Source: Octopus sinensis
Taxonomy: Eukaryota
Assembly: GCF_006345805.1 (NCBI RefSeq)
Contig: NW_021824740.1
Coordinates: 1 to 17,768 of the forward strand
Reading direction: 5' to 3'
DNA: 17,768 nucleotides
In this document: piece after piece, positions 1 through 10,200 of the stretch
Numbering within the stretch: position 1 is the stretch's first letter
Layout: the number at the start of each line of letters is the position of its first letter
Program-made: the position numbers and the translations under genes
The notes under the pieces: generated by a model
Told to the model about the DNA's origin: nothing
Databases searched by the model: none
Seen by the model: the letters and a program-made list of their open reading frames with translations, nothing else

Positions 1-153
1 ATGGTGTTAGTAACAAAATATTTGTAAGAAATAGGACTTTTATCGTCTGTCTTAAATATATTTTCGCCAGTGTATATACTCAGGTCATCCCCATAAGTTC
101 GTCTGAATTTTGGATAAAGAATACAAGTGATCAAATGTTATATTAATTGAAAG

Positions 154-1150
154 TTAATCATCAATGTACTTTCCCTAATTATCTATGACTTACCTCTCTA
201 TTTACAAGCTTTTAATCCCATCAACGTAAAACTCTTTTTTGGTTTGAAAGCGAAGAACTCTGAAATGTCAGGGTTTCGACCCTCCCCCTGGCTTGCGAAA
301 GTTGTATCCCCCTACTAATTCTGTTAAACTATGAAACAAATGGTATCCTGAAGGAGTAAGGTCGGGAGAATAAGTTGGATGAAGAAATTTTTCCAAACCG
401 ACCCCTTCGATCTTCTGTGATGTGATCTTTGCAGTGTGGGGTTGCGCATTGTCCTGATGAAACATCACTCGTTTTCGACTCACTAAAGCGGCTCTTTTTT
501 CCTTCAAAGCTTGGTTCAAACGCTCTAATTGCTGACAGTAGACTTGAGCATTGATTGTTGCATTAGGTGGTAACAATATAAAGTGAATTACGCCTTTGCA
601 ATCGCACCAGATAGAGAGTAGAACCTTTTCCCATGAAGTTCCCTTCTCGGTTGTGTTGAGAATTTTCCCTTTTACCAAGCCACTGTTTACGACGTCTAAC
701 ATTCGATAGAAAATCCATTTTTCATCACAAGTCTATCGAAAAAGGGTGAAATGAGTTTTGCGAGAATGGAGAGAAGAGCAGATGCCAACTCGGGATTTGC
801 GTTGCTTTCGGACAATACATAAGGCACCTATTTTTCCAAGTTTAGGAACCTTTCCACGTTGTTGATGACGATGAACTGTTGTATGGTTTGAAGTAAGCTT
901 TATTGTCAATTCTTCAACTGATAATGACGGATTTTCTTCAAGTAATGCCTCAAGGAGCTTGTCAAACTCAACTGGACATCCTGTTCGATATTCATCTTCA
1001 ATTTTGCAGACGATCTCCTGCAAGTTCTTTCATTCGAGCACTTTGCTATAAACTGAGTGTATGTTTCGAGTCACGTCGGCATCAGAGTTTCCTTTATTGT
1101 ACTCATAAAGAATTATATGTGCCTTAAAAATGCTCCTTGGATACTTCCAT
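154..1150 (-). pseudogene. Mariner transposase pseudogene (DD34D)
   Basis: Joined across frameshifts: ATG at 1150 MEVSKEHF..HIILYEYNKGNS (HTH1); LEALLEENPSLSVEEL (HTH2); *VPYVL at 813-830 (WVPHEL motif, W mutated to TAG); CDEKW at 715-729; KVLLSIWCDCKGVIHF; HQDNA; YSPDLTPSG, where the third Asp position, 34 residues after the second, reads G; ..KYIDD-TAA ending at 154. Confidence 0.93.
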
Positions 1151-1180
1151 GTTGAAAGGGTTTTTATCAGAGCAATTTTA

Positions 1181-2475
1181 GGGTGTCCACGAAGTCTGGG
1201 TTTATGGAATAAAATCATAACATAAGAATAATAATTTTCCTTTTTTTATTTTTGTTTAAATTAAATTAAAAAAATACTTTACTTTTCTAAATTATTTGTT
1301 ATTTTTTCTACAGATGATCGAATGATGGCTCTGTCTAAAGAAGAAAGAATCCAGATCGAATGATGAATCTGTCTAAAGAAGAAGAATCGAGTTAGTATTA
1401 TTAAGTGGACGAGAGGGATGGTCTTATCGCAAAATGCGGAAGAATTTAATCTTATCTCCACACCCTTGTAGGCAACCTATTTATTTTACTGCCGTCAGAA
1501 ATTGATCAAGAAATTTAAAGAACAGGCAGTGTTTCGGATAACCCCGTTCCGGGCGACCAAAGACTTCAGATGAAACTAAAGAGGCTGTCGAGGCTAAAGT
1601 TTCTGCTAGCTAGCCCCCCAAAATCACTTCGTCCGGACATCTACGGTGTTAGGTGTTCCAAAACCAACCATCCACAAAATGCTGGTTGAGGAAAAGTTTC
1701 ATCGATAACAACCTACAGATATTGCATCACTTAAATTAAGACGATCCTGATAGACGAATAAATTGGATGAAAATATCAATTTTACGAAAAACTTTGTGTT
1801 GTTCAGTGACAAAGCTACGTTTTATGTAAATGGTAAAGTCAACAGACAGAATCTTCTATACTGGTCTCGAGGTAATCCACATTGGATGAATCTATCCAAA
1901 CAGCAAGACAGCAAAAAGGTGATGGTGTGGTGTGGTTTTTGGAAAGCTCATGTTCTAGGAACCTTCTTCATTGAACATGTAACGGATGAGACTTATGCAA
2001 ATATATTGAGAGACAAATTAATATCTTAAATTGAGTGCCTAGGCGAGGACCTTCCAAATTGGTTTCAGCAGGATGAGGGCCCCTACCCATTTTGCCACAA
2101 CTGTTAAGAGATTGATTTAATGACACTTTTCCTCCTCACTAGATTGGAAGAAGGGGTCATATGGAATGGTCCCTCGTTCACCAGACCTTTCTCCCCTTGG
2201 TTTCTTTTTCAGGGGTATGTTGAAAGAGAAAGTTTACTCAATAAAGATTACAGATTTAAAACACACGAGAGAATGCATTACCAGTCAGTGTGCTTAAATT
2301 GATGGCAATATAGACTTATTTAATCAAGTTCACCTGAATTTTGCAAGGCGCATCAAGTTATGCATTGAAATGATGGAAATCACTTTGAAAATATTATTTA
2401 TTATAATTAAATAAATTGTTTTGTTTTTAAAAGTATGTGTAATTCCCATGTACGCAGACTTTTGTGGACACCGTC
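1181..2475 (+). mobile_element. Tc1/mariner element of rosa (DD41D) type, decayed, nested in the mariner
   Basis: TIRs: TA|GGGTGTCCACGAAGTCTGGGTTTATGGAAT (from 1181) vs reverse complement of the right end TA|GACGGTGTCCACAAAAGTCTGCGTACATGGGAAT (to 2475). TA flanks at 1179-1180 and 2476-2477. Length ~1295 bp. Confidence 0.88.
1322..2410 (+). pseudogene. DD41D-type transposase pseudogene
   Basis: Pieces across frameshifts: MNLSKEE..ELVLLSGREGWSY; PRSGRPKTS (~1543-1570); LFSDKATFYVNGKVNRQN..YWS..NPHW (first Asp at 1808); KVMVWCG; WFQQD (Asp at 2072); *IGRRG; SPDLSPLG (2178-2201, third Asp reads G); GNHFENII. Reconstructed spacing between second and third Asp positions is 41 residues (manual, across indels). 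Confidence 0.88.
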
Positions 2476-2992
2476 TATTATTTTGTAAAACAATATTGAA
2501 TTAGTTTAAACGTACACAAATGCATAAAAATAATTTTTAATTGAATTAGACATTTGCAAATACTATTAAATTCTCATTCAACTCTAAAAAGCAGGTAAAT
2601 TGGACAGAACTGACTGGATGACTGATTATATAATTTATGATATTCTAGTAAGTTTCAAGTTTATAACACCTTGATATCTCATTTTATATGCCTAAGACGT
2701 TATTTCTATTCTGGTTTTTATATATTTCTATACATTATATTTGTATCTATAATTTATTTTAAGCCGAAACATAATACGATCCTTGTACGAACGAAAGAAC
2801 AAGAATGTCCTCTGAACATTATCTTCCACCGGCGTTTGTAATCGAGAAATTGGAAGCCCCGAATGTAAGTCAGCGCTTTATGCATAATTCAATATTCATA
2901 GTTCTCTATTTCTAACAGAATTCTGTCCTCAATAACTATAGATCTATTTCTAAATGTATTTCTTTTTCTTTTCCTTCATGCACTCCCCCGTC

Positions 2993-3017
2993 TGCCTCTT
3001 GCCTCTTGCCTCTTGCC
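2993..3017. repeat. (TGCCTCT)3.5 heptamer leading into the pentamer array
   Basis: Direct reading: TGCCTCT x3 plus TGCC; the terminal GCC is shared with the first AAGCC phase. Confidence 0.85.
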
Positions 3018-3645
3018 AAGCCAAGCCAACCAAGCCAAGCCACCCAAGCCAAGCCAGCCAAGCCAAGCCAAGCCAAGCCAAGCCAAGCCAAGCCAAGCCC
3101 AAGCCCAAGCCAAGCGCAAGCCAAGCCAAGCCAAGCAAGCAAGCCAGCCAAGCCAAGCCAAGCCAAGGCCAAGCCAAGCCAAGCCAAGCCAAGCCAAGCC
3201 AAGCCAAGCCCAAGCCAAGCCAAGCCAAGCCAAGCCAAAGCCAAGCCAAGCCAAGCCAAGCCAAGCCAGCCAAGCCACAAGCAAGCCAAGCCAGCCAAGC
3301 CAAGCCAAGCCAGCCAAGCCAAGCCAAGCCAAGCAACCAAGCCAAGCCAACCAAAGCCAAGCCAAGCCAAGCCAAGAGCCAAGCCAAGCCAAGCCAAGCC
3401 AGCCAAGCCAACCAAGCCACCAAGCCAAGCCAAGCCAAGCCAAGCCAAGCCAAGCCAAGCCAGCCAAGCCAAGCCAAGCCAAGCAAGCCAAGCCAAGCCA
3501 AGCCAAGCCAAGCAAGCCAAGCCAGCCAAGCCAAGCCAAGCCAAGCCAAGCCAAGCCAAGCCAGCCAAGCCAAGCCAAGCCAAGCCAAGCCAAGCCAAGC
3601 CAAGCCAAGCAAGCCAAGCCAAGCCAAGCCAAGCCAAGCCAAGCC
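3018..3645. repeat. (AAGCC)n / (TTGGC)n pentanucleotide microsatellite, ~630 bp
   Basis: Continuous AAGCC units with scattered 1-nt deletions (AGCC, AAGC, AACC). Explains the LAWLG and QAKPS ORFs. Confidence 0.98.
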
Positions 3646-3667
3646 TCCTGTTTATAGTGGTAAGACA

Positions 3668-3804
3668 GTCGCCATAGCGCTCACTGTGGTCTCGTAGCCG
3701 TGGACAGTGAGCCCAATGGCGCCCAGAGCGAGCTCTGGTCGCCATAGCGCTCACTGTGGTCTCGTAGCCGTGGACAGTGAGCCCAATGGCGCCCAGAGCG
3801 AGCT
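3668..3804. repeat. Two identical 67-nt GC-rich hairpin units, period 70
   Basis: 3668-3734 equals 3738-3804. Each unit has stems CGCCAT/ATGGCG and GCTCACTGT/ACAGTGAGC. Confidence 0.95.
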
Positions 3805-3896
3805 GTAAAATTTGAATGAAATTGGTTGCGTAGTTCTCAAGTTATAGGGATTCACACAGACAGACAGATACACATTCTTAGTTTCATATATATCGA
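3804..3896 (-). mobile_element. Helitron-like 5' terminal fragment; 3' end not located
   Basis: Minus strand starts A|TCGATATATATGAAACT then a TGTC/TG microsatellite, the same layout as the 5' end of the element at 9191-9574. 3804-3828 matches 9470-9494 at 17/25 positions. Confidence 0.6.
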
Positions 3897-3899
3897 TAT

Positions 3900-3941
3900 A
3901 CTAGCATTATGACCCGGTCGTTGCCGGGTCATAGTGCTAGT
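3900..3941. other. 42-bp palindrome with a Helitron-type CTAG terminus on both strands
   Basis: A-CTAGCATTATGACCCGG-TCGTTG-CCGGGTCATAGTGCTAG-T: 18-bp arms, one mismatch (T.G), 6-nt loop. Confidence 0.9.
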
Positions 3942-4287
3942 CCATGTATATATGAGTATATATATGTGTTCATATTACATGTACACATATATATACATAT
4001 ATATATATATACATTTACACATAAAATACAAAATACAATGTTATATCTTGATATCGCTAGTGATAACAATACTCAAAATATATAACAGACTGGAATTGTA
4101 GGCCCGTCTCTTGCAATTTCGACCAATTGTATTTTGTCCTCCCTCTGGTGTAGAAGTGTGGCTACAATCCAGCCTACCTCTACTTCTGCGGGGATATCTT
4201 TCATAGTCGCACCAAGACACTTTTCGATGGTGCTTTCCTCCAGGTGTCCAAATCTTCTTTTTTTTTCTACGTTGTATGCTTTATGGA

Positions 4288-7200
4288 CAATTGTATATAT
4301 GCAAATTGTATATAGGTATGTAAATATATGCAAATTGTATATAGGTATGTAAATATATGCAAATTAAATATAGGTATGTAAATATATGCAAATTGTATAT
4401 AGGTATGTAAATATATAAAAATTGTATATAGGTATGTATATATATGCAAATTGTATATAGGTATGTAAATATATACAAGTTGCATATATGTATGTAAATA
4501 TATACAAACTGCATATATGTATGTAAATATATACAAACCGCATATATGTATATAAATATATACAAACCGCATATATGTATGTAAATATATACAAACCGCA
4601 TATATGTATATAAATATATACAAACCGCATATATGCATGTAAATATATACAAACCGTATATATGCATGTAAATATATACAAATTTTATATATGCATACAA
4701 ATATATACAAATTATATATATGCATACAAATTATATATATGTATATAAACGTATGCAAATTATATATATGTATATAAACGTATGCAAATTATATATATGT
4801 ATATAAACGTATGCAAATTATATATATGTATATAAACGTATGCAAATTATATATATGTATATAAACGTATACAAATTATATATATGTATATAAACGTACA
4901 CAAATTATATACATGTATATAAACGTACACAAATTGTATACATGTATATAAACGTACACAAATTGTATATATGTATGTAAACGTATACAAATTATATATT
5001 TGTATATAAATATATACAAATTATATATATGTATATAAACGTATACAAATTATATATATGTATATGAATATATACAAATTACATATATGTATATGAATAT
5101 ATACAAATTACCTATATGTATATGAAAATATGAAAATTATATATATGTATATGAAGATATACAAATTATATATATGCATACAACTTATATATATGTATAT
5201 ATGTATACAAATTATATATATGTATATAAATGTATACAAATTATATATATGTATATAAATGTATACAAATTATATATATGTATATAAACGTATACAAATT
5301 GTATATTTGTATTTAAATATAGACAAATATATATAATTATAAATATAATTAGTATATATTTATATACATATATATAAATTTATACAAATTATATATATGT
5401 ATGTAAATATATACAAATTATATATATGTATATAAATATATACAAATTATATATTTGTATATAAATATATACAAATTATATATTTGTATATAAATATATA
5501 CAAAATATATATATGTATATAAATATATACAAATTATGTATATGTATATGAATATATACAAATTATATATATGTATATGAACGTATACATATTATATATA
5601 TGTATATGAACGTATACAAATTATATATATGTATATGAACGTATACAAATTATATATATGTATATGAACGTATACAAATTATATATATATATATGAACGT
5701 ATACAAATTATATATATGTATATGAACGTATACAAATTATATATATGTATATGAACGTATACAAATTATATATATGTATATGAACGTATACAAATTATAT
5801 ATATGTATATGAACGTATACAAATTATATATATGTATATGAACGTATACAAATTGTATATATGTATATGAACGTATACAAATTGTATATATATGTATATG
5901 AACGTATACAAATTATATATATGTATATGAACGTATACAAATTATATATATGTATATGAACGTATACAAATTATATATATGTATATGAACGTATACAAAT
6001 TATATATATGTATATGAACGTATACAAATTATATATATGTATATGAACGTATACAAATTATATATATGTATATGAACGTATACAAATTATATATATGTAT
6101 ATGAACGTATACAAATTATATATATGTATATGAACGTATACAAATTATATATATGTATATAAACGTATACAAATTATATATATGTATATACATATATATG
6201 AATATATACAAATTATATATATGTATATACAAATTATATATATGTATATACAAATTATATATATGTATATACAAATTATACATATGTATATACAAATTAT
6301 ATATATGTATATACAAATTATATATATGTATATAAACGTATACAAATTATATACTTGTATATACATATATATAAATATATACAAATTATATATATGTATA
6401 TACAAATTATATATATGTATATAAACGTATACAAATTATATATTTGTATATACATATATATAAATATATACGAATTATATATATGTATATACAAATTATA
6501 TATATTATATGAACGTACACAAATTATATACATGTTATATACGTACACAAATTATATATATGTATATAAACGTATACAAATTATATATATGTATATAAAC
6601 GTATACAATTATATATTTGTATATAAATATATACAAAATATATAATAATATATATAATTTGTATATATTTATATACATATATAAATATATACAAATTATG
6701 TATATGTATATACAAATTATATATTTGTATATGTATATACAAATTATATATTGTATATGATTATACAAATTATATATATGTATATGAACGTATATATATG
6801 TATATGAACGTATACAAATTATATATATGTATATGAACGTATACAAATTATATAATGTATATGAACGTATACAAATATTATATATATATATGAACGTATA
6901 CAAATTATATATATGGTATATGACGTATACAAATTATATATATGTATATGAACGTATACAATTATATTATGTATATGAACGTTATACAATTGTATATATG
7001 TATATGAACGTATACAAAGTATATATATATGTATATGAACGTACCACATTAAATATATGTATATGAACGTATACAATTATATATATTATATGAACGTATA
7101 CAAATTATATATATGTATATGAACGTATACAAATTATATATATTATATGAACGTATACAAATTATATATATGTATATGAACGTATATAAATTATATATAT

Positions 7201-10200
7201 GTATATGAACGTATACAAATTATATATTATGTGAACGTATACAAATTATATATATGTTATGAACGTATACAAATATATATATGTATGTGAACGTATACAA
7301 ATTATATATATGTATATGAACGTATACAAATTATATATATGTATATGAACGTAACAAATTATATATATGTATATAAACGTATACAAATTATATATATGTA
7401 TATACATATATATGAATATATACAAATTATATATATGTATATACAAATTATATATATGTATATACAAATTATATATATGTATATACAAATTATACATATG
7501 TATATACAATTATACATATGTATATACAAATATACATATGTATATACAAATTATATATATGTATATACAAATTATATATATGTATATACAAATTATATAT
7601 ATGTATATAAACGTATACAAATATATATATGTATAATACATATATATAAATATATACAAATTATATATATGTATATACAAATTATATATATGTATATAAA
7701 CGTATACAAATTATATATTTGTATATACATATATATAAATATATACGAATTATATATATGTATATACAAATTATATATATGTATATACAAATTATATATA
7801 TGTATATGAACGTACACAAATTATATACATGTATATAAACGTACAAAAATTATATATATGTATATAAACGTATACAAATTATATATATATATATAAACGT
7901 ATACAAATTATATATTTGTATATAAATATATACAAAATATATATAATAATATATATAATTTGTATATATTTATATACATATATATAAATATATACAAATT
8001 ATGTATATGTATATACAAATTATATATTTGTATATGAATTATACAAATTATATATATGTATATGAATATATACAAAATATATATATGTATATGAATATAT
8101 ACAAATTTTATATTTGTATATGAATATATAAAAATTATATATTTGTATATGAATATATAAAATTATATATTTGTATATGAATATATAAAAATTATATATA
8201 TGTATATGAATATATACAAATTATATAATGTATATGAATATTACATATACAAATTATATATATGTATATGAATATATATAGAAATTATATATATGTATAT
8301 GAAGATATACAAATTACATATACGTATATGAAGATATACAAATTACATATATGTATATGAAGATATACAAATTACATATATGTATATGAAGATATACAAA
8401 TTACATATATGTATATGAAGATATACAAATTACATATATGTATATGAAGATATACAAATAGCATATATGTATATGAAGATATACAAATTACATATATGTA
8501 TATGAAGATATACAAATAGCATATATGTATATGAAGATATACAAATTGCATATATGTATATGAAGATATACAAATTACATATATGTATATGAAGATATAC
8601 AAATTATATATATGCATACAAATTATATATATGTATATAAATGTATACAAATTATATATATGTATATAAATGTATACAAGTTATATATATGTATATAAAC
8701 GTATACAAATTATATATATGTATATAAACGTATACAAATTGTATATTTGTATATAAATATATACAAAATATATATAATTATAAATATAATTAGTGTATAT
8801 TTATATACATAAATATAAATTTTTACAAATTATATATATGTATATAAATATATACTAATTGTATATATGTATATAAATATATACAAATTATATATTTGTA
8901 TATAAATATATACAAATTATATATATGTATATGAATATATACAAATTATATATGTGTATGAATATTTACAAATTATATATATGTATATAAATATATACAA
9001 ATAATATATATGTATATAAATATATACAAATTATATATTTGTATATAAATATATACAAATTATATATATGTATATGAATATTTACATATTATATATATGT
9101 ATATGAATAAATACAAATTATATATATGTATATGAATAAATACAAATTATATATATGTATATGAATATATACAAATTATATATATGTATACTAGCAGTAT
9201 CGCCCGGCGTTGCTCGGGTTTGTAAGGGAAATAACTATAAAGCATTTTTAGATAGTTATAGCCAAAAAATAGCAAAAAAATAGGAAAAAAAATAATGGTA
9301 AATTTTTTTTTGATAGTTAAAAAGATCGAATTGTGTCCCCTAGACCATTGGTGGTTTGTGTTTCTGATTGTCGACCCCATGTCGAATTTATCGATCTTTT
9401 TCAGAACTGGGGGAACTTTTCAAACTTTTCGCTGCGTTAGTTTTGAATTATGACATTGGGCTATGTGTGTGTCAAGTTTCATCAGAATCGGTTGAAAGCC
9501 GTGGTCAGAGTGAGGGTACAACCAAACACACACAGAAACACACACAGACAAACTGCCGTTTATATAGAGAGAGATGAATATATACAAGTTATATATATGT
9601 ATATGAATATATACAAATTATATAGATGTATATGAATGTATACAAGTTATATATCTGTATATGAATATATACAAATTATATATATGTATATGAAGATATA
9701 CAAATTACATATATGTATATGAAGATATACAAATTACATATATGTATATGAAGATATACAAATTACATATATGTATATGAAGATATACAAATTACATATA
9801 TGTATATGAAGATATACAAATTACATATATGTATATGAATATATACAAATTACATATATGTATATGAAGATATACAAATTACATATATGTATATGAAGAT
9901 ATACAAATTACATATATGTATATGAAGATATACAAATTATGTATATGAATATATACAAATTACATATATGTATATGAATATATACAAATTACATATACGT
10001 ATATGTATATATACAACTTACATATATGTATATGAAGATATACAAATTACCTATATGTATATGAAGATATACAAATTACATATATGTATATGAAGATATC
10101 CAATTTAAATATATGTATATGAAGATATACAACTTATATATATGTATATGAAGCTATACAAATTACATATATGTATATGAAGATATCAAATTTAAATATA

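Larger units (their letters stand above)
75..2630 (-). mobile_element. Mariner (DD34D) DNA transposon, decayed, interrupted by a nested element
   Basis: Imperfect TIRs: 75-110 TATACTCAGGTCATCCCCATAAGTTCGTCTGAATTT vs reverse complement of 2597-2630 TATAATCAGTCATCCAGTCAGTTCTGTCCAATTT, both ending in TA. Removing the nested element plus one TA leaves ~1.26 kb, a typical mariner length. Confidence 0.88.

Noticed and set aside
339-2201. Third catalytic Asp reads Gly in both transposases
   Set aside because: Both copies carry many other stops and frameshifts, so this is most simply coincidental decay rather than shared domestication.
2645-2680. CTAG at 2645 as the missing 3' end of the Helitron fragment at 3804-3896
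   Set aside because: Only a 5-bp AT-rich stem (TCAAG/CTTGA) follows it, with no GC hairpin or CAACG loop.
3702-3712. GACAGTGAGC matches the miR-30 shRNA scaffold flank
   Set aside because: Match of ~10 nt only; the miR-30 loop and 3' flank are absent.
2936-3754. Six long ORFs (LAWLG- and QAKPS-rich, 214-272 aa)
   Set aside because: AAGCC/GGCTT contains no stop codon in any frame, so these are translations of the microsatellite.
3668-3804. CRISPR-like array or self-cleaving ribozyme reading of the 67-nt repeats
   Set aside because: Only two units with a 3-nt gap, no unique spacers and no cas genes. No hammerhead core (CTGATGA..GAAA), and I could not build an HDV-like double pseudoknot.
9147-9635. 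Short ORFs overlapping the 384-bp Helitron
   Set aside because: No Rep/helicase or other recognisable motif; they run into satellite sequence.
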